Position numbers and translations under genes: made by a program | In this document: piece after piece, positions 43,757 through 60,777 of the stretch | Position numbering within the stretch: position 1 is the first letter of the stretch | Layout: each line of letters starts with the position of its first letter | Assembly: GCA_964016885.1 (NCBI GenBank) | Contig: OZ024741.1 | Location: forward strand, 274,226,001 to 274,290,000 | Source of the DNA: Eledone cirrhosa | Taxonomy: Eukaryota | Reading direction: 5' to 3' | DNA: 64,000 nucleotides | The notes under the pieces: model-generated | Seen by the model: the letters and a program-made list of their open reading frames with translations, nothing else | Database searches by the model: none | Told to the model about the DNA's origin: nothing

Positions 43757-43978
43757 ATAATGGTTTCTTATATAGGCACAAGGCAAGCAATTTGGGGAGA
43801 GGGGAAAGTCGATTAAATCGACTCCAGTACGTGACTGGTACTTTATTTTATCAACCCCGTAAGGATGAAAGGCAAAGTTTACCTCGGCGGGATTTGAACT
43901 CAGATCATAAAGAGCCATAACTCTATGCTGAAAAATCATGATGTCCGACGCTCTACCGATTCTGCCAATCCACCGCCC
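43757..43978 (-). mobile_element. tRNA-derived SINE family 1, near full length
   Basis: A-box-like TGGCAGAATCGGTAGAGC, B-box GAGTTCAAATCCC, core and tail. Confidence 0.85.
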
Positions 43979-44230
43979 TCATAGAGCTGAAATAATGATC
44001 ATGTTTAATTACTTTAATTTTTTTGACCGAAATCTTTTTTAGAGGAGGGCTTAAAATTTCATATAGCTTAGAGCCTCAGCAGGTGAAAATCCGGGCTAGC
44101 TGATACTATCAGTCGATTGCAAATACTGACAGAAATGATATTGCAGATGGCCAGAGCATTTACCGAGATATTTAATCCGACGTTCTAAGGACTTATGTCA
44201 CTTCGCTACCAATAAACGGATGTCAAATTA

Positions 44231-44453
44231 ATACGTGAGTCGGCTGAAAATTACAAACGCTGAAAAGTTCATAGGTGACCAAGATACTCTCATGGAATTG
44301 TTTAAATGAGGTTTATTTTTAACAGAGTCCCCGGAAACAATGCAGTTATCTATAAGAAGAGTTGAAATTAATGCATGCAAGATTTCACAGCACTAGCATC
44401 ACTCCTTCATAGTCAACGTTTGAACGACGCTACGACGCTGCAGCACACCCTCG

Positions 44454-44516
<63 letters not shown>

Positions 44517-44521
44517 ATATA

Positions 44522-44552
<31 letters not shown>

Positions 44553-45085
44553 TGAAGTTTCCGTTGAAAATTGAAAAAGTCATAGGAGTGAAGAGTGCTC
44601 TATGTAAGTACCAGAGCTAAATTAATTACCTCATTACCAGAGGTTTCCCCAATAAGACGAATACGAAAAACGTCCTCATTCGTTCATAGGACAAATGAAC
44701 GTCTGTATATATATATATATATATATATGAAGGTCGACTGAAAAGTTCATAGGCTGAAATGACCAAATGAAGTTTATCTTTCAACATAGTTCCTGGAAAG
44801 AGACAATGCAGTTATTAATAAGAGTTGAAATTAATGCATGCAAGATTTCACAGCCCTAGCATCACTCCTTCATTGGTCGACCAAGATACTCTCATGGAAT
44901 GACCAAATGAGATTTATTTTTCAACATAGTCCCTGGAATGAAACAATGCAGTTATTATTAAGAAGAGGTTTGCCTTTCATCCTTACGGGGTCGATAAAAT
45001 AAAGTACCAGTAATGCACTGGATAATTGCTGGCCTTGTGCCAAAAGTAGAAACAATTATTACATGTTATATATACCTCTATATAC

Positions 45086-45122
<37 letters not shown>

Positions 45123-45425
45123 GCATTATTTATATATATACATTATATATATATATACATTATATATATATATACATTATATATATATATACATTATATA
45201 TATATATATACATTATATATATATACTCCGAGGTTAACTTTGCCTTTCATCCTTACGGAGTCGATAAAATAAAGTACCAGTAATGCAATGGTTAATTGCT
45301 GGCCTTGTGCCAAAAGTAGAAACCATTATTAAGAAGAGGTGAAATTAATACAAGCAAGATTTTACAGCTCTAGCATCACCCCTTCACAGTCAGTCAGCCT
45401 ATCAACTTTTCAGTCCACCCTCGTA
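44231..45425. mobile_element. Two mariner-type MITE copies (44231-44455; 44727-45425), the second interrupted by two SINE 3' fragments
   Basis: Homology to 3094-3269; SINE pieces at 44970-45060 and 45227-45330. Confidence 0.7.
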
Positions 45426-45451
45426 CTGCAATCAGAAGAATCTAAGTTTAA

Positions 45452-46225
45452 CCCTTTAGCATTTAAACCGGCCATATCCGGACATAATTCTCTCACCGCT
45501 TTCTGTTCAAACTGGTTGTAAGTAGCCAGTCATACTGACGTTATGATATTGTTTAGCGTTTATCTCGTACAATGGCCGGCTCATCACAACACTGCCAGCG
45601 ACCTCTTCTGTTTATTTATTGATTTAAGTGATGTGTCGCTTCTTCTTAACTGCCATCCGATTGTATTCATTGCAGTCTACTACAGTGCTACTTCTGCTAA
45701 AAATAATAACAATAGCAACGACAATAATAAAAACATTTATAATAATTGTTTCTACTTTTGGCACAAGGCCAGCAATTACTCAGTGCATTACTGGTACTTT
45801 ATTTTATCGACCCCGTAAGGATGAAAGGCAAAGTTAACCTCGGCGGGATTTGAACTCAGAATGGTAAGGGCCGTAACTCTATACGTCAAAGCATGGCGTC
45901 CGACCCTCTACCGAAACCGCAAAATAAATAATATCAAAATCTCGTAGATTCGACATTATCGGTGGATTGACAGTACCGGTAGAGGGTCGGACGCCATGCT
46001 TTGACGCATAGAGTTACGGCCCTTACCATTCTGAGTTCAAATCCCGCCAAAGTTAACTTTTCCTTTCATCCTTACGGTGTCGATAAAATAAAGTACCAGT
46101 AAAGCACTGGGTAATTGCTGGCCTTGTGCCAAAAGTAGAAACAATGATGTGAGATAATTATGTAAGATAAAGCCTTTACCACAAAAATGCAATAGTATAT
46201 CGAGAGTAATGTAAATGCTAAAGGG
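45452..46225. mobile_element. piggyBac-type MITE with TTAA TSD containing two head-to-head SINEs
   Basis: TTAA|CCCTTTAGCATTTA ... TAAATGCTAAAGGG|TTAA; SINEs at 45742-45915 (-) and 45960-46145 (+). Confidence 0.8.
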
Positions 46226-46864
46226 TTAATATCTCCTGACATGAGTATTAACAGATTAAAGTATTAAAACACTGAGTATAGACTAAAGCTGTAACTGATC
46301 CGGAGTCTTTATTTAGTGGTCTATAGCGTGATATAATAGACTTAGAACATTTGTCTGAAAACAGACACAATATCACATTGTTGGAAGTTGAACAAAACAA
46401 GGTATATTGTTTATTCTAGGATGACAGGTAATCTATTAAAGTTTATTAATTACAAGTTTACTAGCATAGACACATACATAGACAGAGGCACACACACACA
46501 TACATACATACACGTAGACACACAGACACGTAGACACACACATAAACTTAGCTACAGACACACACTTAGAAACAGACTACCACACACATACACACACATA
46601 AACACACATACACTTAGTCACAGACACACACTCTCAAACAGACAGACATATGCGCACACGCAGATATACACACACAGACACACGCACACCCACACACATA
46701 GTAATACATACACACATACGCCCATACACATACGCACGCACACACACACACATAGTAATGCATGCACACATACGCCCATACACATACGCACGCACACATA
46801 CACACACACATTACTCTCTAGTATCTATCATACGTATATTGTCTGTCTATATCACACACACACA

Positions 46865-46995
<131 letters not shown>

Positions 46996-47394
46996 TAGAC
47001 AGTATATACGTAAGATAGATACTAGAGTGTAATGTATTGATTTTTTGTATTAGTTTCTACATCTCATTTCAGTCACGTTGTCATGTGTGATATTCTTGTT
47101 TAGGTTGTCATACAGTGTAGCATAGCTAGGATTAGGGGCTTCCACATACAGTGGAAATTATTGAAGGGGATTGCCTACAGGAGCACTTTGTTAGAGGGCC
47201 GCCTACGGTGGCAATTTCTGAGGGGAGTCGCCTACAAGAGAACTTTGTTAGAGTGCCAGCTACAGTGGCACTCTCTGCGGCGCAGTGGCACTTTCGGAAG
47301 GGAGCTGGACACATCTCATTTCAGTCCCGTTCTCATGAGTGTGATTCTCGTTTGGGTTGTCATAAAAAAAAGGGACCATGGATTTGAACCTAGA

Positions 47395-47775
47395 AAGTTC
47401 CCCTCCGAGGCACAAGTCCGGGCAAGGTTGTTTGTGGAAGACCAGCAGTCGTCCATGCATAAAAGTCTCCCCCTCTCCACGCCACCGATGTTGTCCCAGG
47501 GAAAGGCAATGGATGATACAGCTTGGTGCTAGTGATATCACAACTCATATATATACACTAAGTACAGTATATATACGCTATATATGATGTTGTCCCAGGG
47601 AAAGGCATTGGCAAATAGAGCTTGGCCCCAGTGACGTCGCAACTCACTGCTACAGCTGAGTGAACTGGAGGAACCTGAAATAAAGTGTCTTGCTCAAGAA
47701 CACAACGCAAAACCCAGTCCGAAAATCGAACTCAAAACTCCACGATTGTAAGCCCGACGCTCTAACTACTAACCC
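47395..47775 (-). mobile_element. tRNA-derived SINE family 2 (CORE-like segment)
   Basis: Minus strand B-box GAGTTCGATT then GTGTTCTTGAGCAAGACACTTTATTTCA; related 5' part at 51650-51790. Confidence 0.65.
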
Positions 47776-48232
47776 AAATTAGGATGAGGAAGGGTCCCCG
47801 TACAGTGGCGCTTTCTGAGGGGGACTGACCACATCTCACTTCAGTCATGTTTTTATGAGTGAGATTCTCGTTTGGGTTGTCATGCAACGTTTTTACATCT
47901 TATTTCAGTCACGTTGTTTTGTGATACAATGTAGCATAGCTACTTTGTGAGGGGGGGGGGGCTACAGTGGCACTTTCTGGGGAGGGAGCGCCTACAGTGG
48001 ATCTTTCGAGGGGGGAAGCTACAGTGGACCATTCTTGGGGCGCCTACAGTGGCACTTTCTGAGAGGTGCCAGCATTTTCGTCTATTGCAGTTTGATGGGG
48101 GGGGGGGGGGCTAAATACTCGAGAACCCACCAACCCCGCCCCACGGTCGAACATACTTTAATCACGTGACTTTCTTCGTGTGCATTTTTTCCTGGTAATA
48201 ATCGCAAATACTATCTCTTATATCTATTACAA

Positions 48233-48455
48233 TGGCGGTGGATGGGCAGTAATCGGTAGAGCGTCGGACTACATACTTTCCGGCATAGAGTTACGGCCCT
48301 TTAGGTTCTGAGTTCAAATTCCGCCAAGATTAGCTTTGCCTTTCATCTATCCTTGCGGATGTCAATAAATAAAGTACCAGTAACACACTGGAGTCGATTT
48401 AATCGACTTCCCCTTCCCCAAAATTTGTTGACCTTGTGCCTAAATCAGAAATCTT
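48233..48455 (+). mobile_element. tRNA-derived SINE family 1, full length
   Basis: GGCGGTGGA..GGCAG.AATCGGTAGAGCGTCGGAC head, GAGTTCAAATTCC, core and tail. Confidence 0.85.
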
Positions 48456-48879
48456 TATACCTCTCACAGAACCTTCCTCTAAATCACTAAAACATCTCTC
48501 ACCACCACCACCACCACATCTTCCCAGTAAAAGAGCCTGGACCAAAATATATAAATAAATGAATAAATAAATAAATAAATAAATAAAATGTTGAGTTTAT
48601 TCTAGAATTTCCATGGTAACAATCTTCCTTTAGAGATGTAAAATTTGGAACTTTACTAATTCCGCGATCAGGTCCTCGATGACTGCTATATTCGTCTGAT
48701 ATGATGTGAAGGGTCGTCAGTGTAGGAAGCTGAATGTAGGACGTGAGCAATAGCCACACACGAGAAACCCTCACTACACACACTACACACACGACAAACC
48801 TCACTCCACACAACACACTACACGATACTCACCGCACTACACACCACGCTATACACTACACACCACACTACACACACCA

Positions 48880-49420
48880 CATAATACACAACATACTACA
48901 CGCTACACAACACATACACCATATTACACGCTACACAACACACTACACGTTACACAACACACACAACATATTACACGCTACACAACACACTACACGTTAC
49001 ACAACACACACAACATATTACACGCTACACAACACACTACACGTTACACAACACACACAACATATTACACGCTACACAACACACTACACGTTACACAACA
49101 CACACAACATATTACACGCTACACAACACACTACACGTTACACAACACACACAACATATTACACGCTACACAACTCACTACACGTTACACAACTCACACA
49201 ATATATTACACGCTACACAACACACTACACGATACACAACACACACAACATATTACACGCTACACAACACACTACACATTACACAACACACACAACATAT
49301 TACACGCTACACAACACACTACACGATACACAACACACACAACATATTACACGCTACACAACTCACTACACGTTACACAACTCACACAACATATTACACG
49401 CTACACAACACACTACACAC
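48880..49420. repeat. 47-bp minisatellite, about 11 copies
   Basis: Unit ACACAACATATTACACGCTACACAACACACTACACGTTACACAACAC. Confidence 0.9.
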
Positions 49421-50640
49421 CAAACACTACACAACACACATGCCCACACTGCACACCACCGCACACAGCACACCATACACGACACTATATATATATCGCA
49501 CTACACACTAAATTCATAGCAAAACGCATACCACATAACAGATACCACACACACACACACACGCACACACATATACACACACACAAACAGACACACACAC
49601 ACACACACACACATACACACACACACAAACAGACACACGCACACACACACACACAAACACACACATAAACAAACATACACGCACCACAATACACACACAC
49701 AGAAACAAACGCACACAAAACTCACACACACACAAACACACACACACACAAACACACACACACATACACACACACAGAAACAACGCACACAAACAAACAC
49801 ACAACACACGCACAGAAACACAGACACAAACACGCACACGAACAAACATACACACTCACAATACACACACACTGAAACAAACCGCGCGCACACACACACA
49901 CCACGCACAGCAACACACACAAATAAACATACACACACAATACGCACACACACACACAAACACTCACACAAACACACACGCCACAAATAAACATACTCAC
50001 ACAGAAACAAACGCACAGAAACACACACACACAAACAAACATACACACAGAAACAAACGCACACACACACACACACACACAATACACACACAGAGAAGCA
50101 AACGCACACACACACACATAAACAAACACACTCAAAACAGCACTCCACACCTATACCACATCACACGAATAACAAGTCCGACCACACATTATAAATCACA
50201 CACAGAATAACCCTCCACACATATACACAGAACAACCATCCACACATATACACAGAACAACCATCCACACATATACACACATAAGGCTGCAGTGAAATAT
50301 TTCTGCCACATTAGAAGTGTCAACATGGCGAAGTTATAGTAATATGTCATCTCTGTTGAATGTCTGTCCAGGGCGACATTGCGCATGACAGCAGTACGCA
50401 CGTCTTTCAGTGATACTAACGCCATTATTCAACAGTTATCGCCACTTACCCGCTCCTTCTGCACAGATCAATAACAACAAAGTATCTGAGCTGAGCAACA
50501 GTATCTTTTAGCTGCTGCTTCATCATAGCTATGCTTGTCTACAGTGTGTGTGTTGTGTGTGACAGCTCACACCTATGCAGGTTTAGCTGGCTTCCTCCAA
50601 GGATACCTCGTTGGAGGTGTGTTGGGTAATTTAATGATAA

Positions 50641-51645
50641 TTTTCTTTTTATTTGCCACCAGGGCATCAAAAAGTGGGACAAGTACAATGGAGGGAGTTT
50701 ACATGAAAAGGCGTCCTCAATAAGGAGGAGGCAATAACAAAGTATAAAAATAAAATACAATATAACAAAATAAATTTTATAACAAAATCCTCAATAGGGA
50801 GGAGGCGCCTGGGTGTGTGTGTGTGTGGGGGGGGGGGGGGGTTCGCGCACACCCTCGAAAGAAAGTGTGCAACCCTTCTCCTCAGGAGGGGGTGCTCCCT
50901 TGATCTTTCATCTTCCTCACCTATAGTCTGATGTAGAGTGAAGGCCCATTCACACGGGCCATTCTCGCCACTTTCACCCATCTTTCATAAAAACGGCTGG
51001 GGTGCGGAAGAAACGGACGAGTTGTTGGCCAGAGAGAAAGGTGTCTGACCTCAGTCCTTTCAGACGCGTCCACCATACAACCTCTTTCGCCATGGCTATT
51101 ATGCACAGAAACACCGACTCCCCTTCGTTTTTGAAGAGGGGAGGCGGCTTGATCGTTACAATGGACTCGGTGGTCAACCGGATCGGTCCCACCCTTGACA
51201 GCAGTTGTTCGACATAGCCCCACAGATCGGCAATGCCCGAGCAGTGTACCAATGCGTGTGCAACGGTTTCCTCGTCGCACACGCATCTGGGACAGATCTT
51301 TTTCGAGGGGTCCCTACCCGGGCGCCCGTGTCTGTAGAGCCTTTCTCGAACGGGCAGAGCCCTGGGTAGCACTGCCAGGCCAGGGACCTCTGGAAGTTAT
51401 CCATGGGTCCCGGGCTGAATGTCCTACCGAACAGGTTGGCCAGTTCGTCTTCCTCCATTCCTAGGGCTTCTCCGAGGGCGTCGTCGCACCTGCTAACCAC
51501 CAGCCCTCTATAGAATGACGAGGTGGATTCTCCACTGACAGCCGGGTCCGCCTGCCAGAGAGCCGTGAGCGCCTGGGCACACTCGGTGTGCCAGGCGCCC
51601 AGTTTTCTCGGTCTTTGCTTGACCCAGGATTGCAGGGACCCCAGT
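50641..51645 (-). mobile_element. Tx1/L1-like LINE 3' end, second copy (frameshifted, internal deletion near 51005)
   Basis: Homologous to 17197-18170. Confidence 0.85.
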
Positions 51646-53002
51646 CCTATCATCTCATTTCTACAGCTGAGTAAACTGGAGCAACGTGAAATAAAGTGTC
51701 TTGCTTAAGGAACAACATCACCCGGTCCGAGAATTGAACTCACAACCTTTCGATTGCAAGGCCAATGCTCTAACCACTAAGACATGCCCCTTCACAGGGC
51801 TGGATTTAATGGGGAACAAAGAGGGCAATTGCTCCATGTCCCTGTAGTGTGAGGGAGGGGGGGGGGTTCCAACCAGCGACAGCCCTAGCAATTTATTTGT
51901 GCCCTCAGCTGGGATTTTTAGTTTTAGGATGGTTAGAATTTTTGAATTTAATACCTGTATGTATAACTTTTCAATTGCAGTTACTTGCACCAAGCTAACT
52001 TTCATATGTAAAATTGGGAACTTTGCTGTGTATTCTAATTTTTTGTGTATGAGGGTGCCCCCCCCCCCCCCCCCCCCCCCCCCCGGTCTAAATCCAACTA
52101 TGCTTGTCTAAGTCTATTGTCATTATACTGTGCAACTGTATATACGTGGGTAAGTAAAAAATTAACAACAATTTTGCCGTAACATATATTTAGGTTTCTC
52201 AGCAGAGCTGTTCTGCTAGGCCAACCGGTTGTAGGTAGTGGATAGCTATACGACCACCAGGTATGATGGCAAGTTGCGATATAAGCGGGCAACTGCCGGG
52301 CGAATAAGTAACCAATAGCGGTAATCTACTAGGAAGAGGGAGTAATGGGTGACACCTGTAGAAAACACTCACAACCCAGTGATGTAGCTACGACGAGGCG
52401 AGTAAAGACTGCCTCTAAATAAGCCAAGTCTTGATGGGTTTGACAAAGTACCAGATTGGTGACTGGCACGAAGGATGAGAAAAATAAATAAAAAAATAAA
52501 GAAAGAAAGAAGAAGATAACACTACCACTACAACCATCAGAAAGGTGGTGAATTGAGAAGAGAGGTGAGAGGGAGGTAAAGTATGAAGTAGAGTGGGAGG
52601 TGAATTGAGAGGGAGAGTGGGAGTAGGTGAAAGCAGGATGGACGAAGTGTGTGGAAGAAGAAGAAGAAGAAGAAGAAGAAGAAGAAGAAGAAGATAACTT
52701 TAGGTTTGTAACAATTCCTTTTCACATACGTGCTAATAGTTGGTATAATTGTGGTCATGTGATCGCGCCCGTTATCTTGACGCTGTTACAGTTGAGAAGA
52801 CTAAAGAAGTTTCGCGCCAAAACATTAGATGTGGCGCGAAACTTTGTGTGGCTCCTGTAATATTCACAGCTACAGAGGAAATATATTAGAAATCAGATTT
52901 ACAATATGCAGTGCTTTCTATTTTCCTAGATTGTAACACCGAACGTGTTTGCACACAGACACACACACTCACACCTACATACAGACGCAAACACACACAC
53001 AC

Positions 53003-53068
<66 letters not shown>

Positions 53069-53073
53069 ATATG

Positions 53074-53105
<32 letters not shown>

Positions 53106-53148
53106 TAAATCTACCAATAAATCTACCAATAAATGTAGATAAATCTAC

Positions 53149-53213
<65 letters not shown>

Positions 53214-53429
53214 CATATGTAATACACACACACACAGACACACGCACACATATATATATATATATATGTGTCTGACAAGGCAGATCGATATTCTAATGGG
53301 GAAAAAAACCCAACCAAGTAGGAAAGAGATTTGAATACAGAATTATTTGTCAGGAAAACAAACCCTCCGTCTCCCTTACCTCATTCTGTATAGTTTTTTC
53401 TGTAGCTGCTTTCTATAAAGTGTGTGGGG

Positions 53430-55266
<1,837 letters not shown>

Positions 55267-55875
55267 AGTCTTAGAGTGGCGCACATGCACACACTCACAC
55301 TATAATACAGTGGTACATGTACACACACACATACACACACACACACAGAGACATAGTCAGAGACATATGTACACATACATAGACACGCGCACAGCTACAC
55401 ACACATAAGCGTATGTGTGTAGGTGTGTGAGAGTGCATTAGTGTATGTTTGTGTATGTGTAGATGTGTGCGCGTGTGTGTGTAGGTGTGTATGTGTAGGT
55501 GTGTGTATGTGCATCCGTGCAGGTGTGTGAGTGTACATCAGTGTAGGTTTGTGTATGTGTGTGTGTAGGTGCATGTGAGCAGGTGTGTGTGTGTGTTGGT
55601 CAGTGTGTGTGTGTGTATTTGATATATTTCGTTAAACTGTCTTTGTCCATCTATCAACATCTTTTATTGAAATATATCTTTATGTCCACACCTTCTGCAC
55701 TCTTCACTTCTTACACCCACACACACACAGGCACACACACATATACACACATGCACACACACACGTACATATACACTCATATGTGTGTGTGTTTATGTGT
55801 TCGTGTGTGTTTGCGTACACATATATATATATATATATATATTCATACATAATATGTACATACCAGTACACATAC

Positions 55876-55937
<62 letters not shown>

Positions 55938-56114
55938 CATACATACATACTATATACATACATATATACTATATACATACATATATACTATATACATACA
56001 TATATACATATATCCATACATATATAATACTTGCATACCAGTACACATACATAATACATACATACAAACATACAAACATACGTACATACATACATAATAC
56101 ATACATACATACAT

Positions 56115-56927
56115 GGTGGCTGCCAACTCGTTTTCAAGTATGGCCACTACTTTATATCCATGTAGGAGAACCCCTACCGATGCGCTGAACGAGTGTGACT
56201 TTTTATTCCAGCCAGCGACTTGAAAACTCTGGTACAAACACTACACTTGTGACAATTATTGACACATCGTGCTGGGCCCATGGTACCATGTGACGACAAG
56301 TGCAGAGAGATCTCCAGATATAAAGCAATGCCTGTGCCGTGAAGCTTTTATAGTGATCAAAGGCACTGCACAAAGTCAGTCCCACTCTCTTAACCAAGAT
56401 GATATTTACCAAAAAGAAGAACAAGTCAACATCATTGGATACCATCAGGGTTGCAGGTGTTATATCAGAGTTTTCCTTCTCCTAGAATTCTGCCTTGACA
56501 AAGGCTAAGGGGTCATCTCTCCCGGATATATATACACATACATACATACATACATGGTGGCTGCCAACTCGTTTTCGAGTACGGCCACTACTTTACATCC
56601 ATGTAGGATAACCCCTACCGAAGCGCTGAACGAGTGTGACTTTTTAGTCCAGCCAGCGACTTGAAACCTCTGGTACAAACACTACACCTGTGACAATTAT
56701 TGACACATAGTGCTGGGCCCATGGTAGGACAATTATTGACACATAGTGCTGGGCCCATGGTAGGACAATTATTGACACATAGTGCTGGGCCCATGTGAGG
56801 ACAAGTGCAGAGAGATCTCCAGATATAAAGCAATGCCTGTGCCGTGAAGCTTTTATAGTGAGCAAAGGCACTGCACAAAGCCAGTCCCACTCTCTTAACC
56901 AAGATGATATTTACCAAAAAGAAGAAC
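56115..56927 (-). mobile_element. Two 5'-truncated copies of the non-autonomous RTE-derived element; second has a triplicated 36-bp unit
   Basis: Homology to 12791-13200; (CATA)n between and around the copies. Confidence 0.8.
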
Positions 56928-57110
56928 ATACATACATATATACATACATATATACAACGACACATGAATAAAGATGGCGTCATATAGCGTTAGATTGGCA
57001 ATAGGGGACCGTTAATTCTTTCAAATAATATATATACTAACCCTCTAATGTATAACTTTCCACGGGTTTAGCATGTAATAACAGTATATACACGGGTATG
57101 TATATATATA

Positions 57111-57722
57111 TCTGACAGTTGGTAGGTAAACAGTGAGCTGTACTGATGAAGGGTGATAACCAGAAACATTAGTGTCTGCAGTTCTGTTTACATGACAACA
57201 CAAGAGCAAGAATGAGGGGCTCATTCTACTGACATAGCTTTAAAATTGAGGCTTGTTTGCATAATTGCAAACGAATCGAATATTATTATTAATATTCGAA
57301 AAACTCAGATTACATTTATTGCATTCAGCCATGTAGAAGCGAAAAAAATGTTTTTATTATTTATCTGAATGTGGCAAAGCCGCCCATTGATCGCTCGTAT
57401 ACAGGAAACTGGCTGGCGAGTCTGCTAATATGCAGAACTGGCTGATCGGCCAGTCTGCTAATATGCAAATCAGGTTGATCAGTCACTGTATATTTTAGAA
57501 AATAGCATATATTTTCACTAGCTCTGACAGTTTGGCAGGTGAACAGTGATGAAGGGTGATAACCAGAAACATTAGTGTCTGCGGTCCTGTTTACATGCCA
57601 ACAAAAGAGCAAGAACGAGGGCTCATTCTACTGACATATGGCTTTAAAATTGAGGCTTCTTTGCATAATTGCAAATGAATCGAATATTATTATTAATATT
57701 CGAAAAACTTAGATTACATTTA
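57111..57722 (+). mobile_element. Direct-repeat HHR unit (period 412 bp, about 1.5 copies), retrozyme/pLTR-like
   Basis: 57111-57318 repeats at 57523-57722. Confidence 0.65.
57135..57184 (+). ncRNA. Minimal type I HHR, canonical core
   Basis: GAGCTGTA CTGATGA AG GGT-GATA-ACC A GAAA CATTAGTG TC TGCAGTTC. Confidence 0.85.
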
Positions 57723-58382
57723 CATACACATATATATATATACTTATTTTATTACATGTTATCCATGTGCTACCAGCAGTATTTTTCTCCCCATTTTATT
57801 ACATATATTTACCCAAACTGCGATTCTGTTTTTCTCTCTCTCTCTCTCTTACTGCTCCCCCATTCTCTCTGTTTCTCCTACTTTCTTTCGCCCCCTCTGT
57901 CATGTCAGTTAACTCTTCCTCACACTTCCACTCACTCACTCACTGTTTCTCCTCTCCTCACTTCACCCCGTTCGCGAAGAAAGTAATTTCTCTCTTTTCT
58001 CACATTGCATTCGTTCGTGAAAGGTCTGTTTTCTAAGCGCTCATATATTCACCTAGCTTATGCTAACAGAATAACTATCAAGCTTGTCTCCTTCCTTCTA
58101 CGGTTAGCTCTACTCTTTGTTGTTTTCTTGTCTCACTCGCTTTACGCGTTTTAATTGTCCTAATAACTTTATTTAGTTATTATTGCACCGACGTGAGGTA
58201 TATGATTTTTAATGCAATGAAATATCTATGATCGTCGGCAAATCACTGATGAGGGACTTATTTTATTACATGTTATCCATGTGCTACCAGCAGTATTTTT
58301 CTCCCCATGTTATTACATATATATATATATATATATAGTGACGAAACATAAGTCAATTGCATGAACTCATAATCCTCTATTT

Positions 58383-58438
58383 ACTGCTATATATATTTCG
58401 ATGATAGCCATTGAATAACTATGGCCTCATCGGGCAGT
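58383..58438 (-). ncRNA. Type I HHR motif (CCGATGA core, irregular stem II)
   Basis: Minus strand: ACTGC CCGATGA G GCCAT..ATGGC TATCATC GAAA TATATA TA GCAGT. Confidence 0.6.
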
Positions 58439-58701
58439 TAATCAATTCTTAGATATGCCAGCTCTGTGTTTATGGTGTTGACGGTATCAGAGCCTTGGGA
58501 CATATGAGCTTGTTAGGGATAATTTAATGTTGTCAGCAGGAATAATCTTAATTCTCATTGGTCAGTTTGTAGATGGTAGTAGGGTTGGTATTTGACCTCA
58601 AAGAAGCAGGTGGTGTTGTAAAGTTCAAACAGTCAGGCAAGATGACAATAGTTCCATATGACTGATTTTCACAAAAAGCATTCCTGGTCAGATATATATT
58701 C

Positions 58702-59783
<1,082 letters not shown>

Positions 59784-60016
59784 GAGATATATATATGGGT
59801 ACATATATAAGTTAAAATATTCAGATACACACAGGCAACCATATCCATACTCATCACCTCACCTACATATATACATAATTCTAAATTTACAAAACATTCT
59901 AGCGATTCAAGGGATGATAATTACTTTTCTTTTACAACCTTGCCACTAGAAAGGTGGCCGCTCAAACATCTACTCGAAATTAAGAGATAGAGAAACATAC
60001 ATATATACATATATAC

Positions 60017-60123
<107 letters not shown>

Positions 60124-60134
60124 CATACATACAT

Positions 60135-60715
<581 letters not shown>

Positions 60716-60777
60716 GTACATACATACATACATACACACATACATGCATAGATACATACATACATACATACATGCAT

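Noticed and set aside
44620-44700. Minus-strand GAAA CCTCTGG TA ATGAGG as an HHR
   Set aside because: Only a possible 3' half; core and stem I 5' strand absent
52215-52315. HDV-like ribozyme (hairpin GGCA.GTTGC/GCAAC.TGCC followed by GGCGAA)
   Set aside because: Could not assign P1, P2 or a correctly sized L3 by eye; region is probably a SINE/RTE-related repeat
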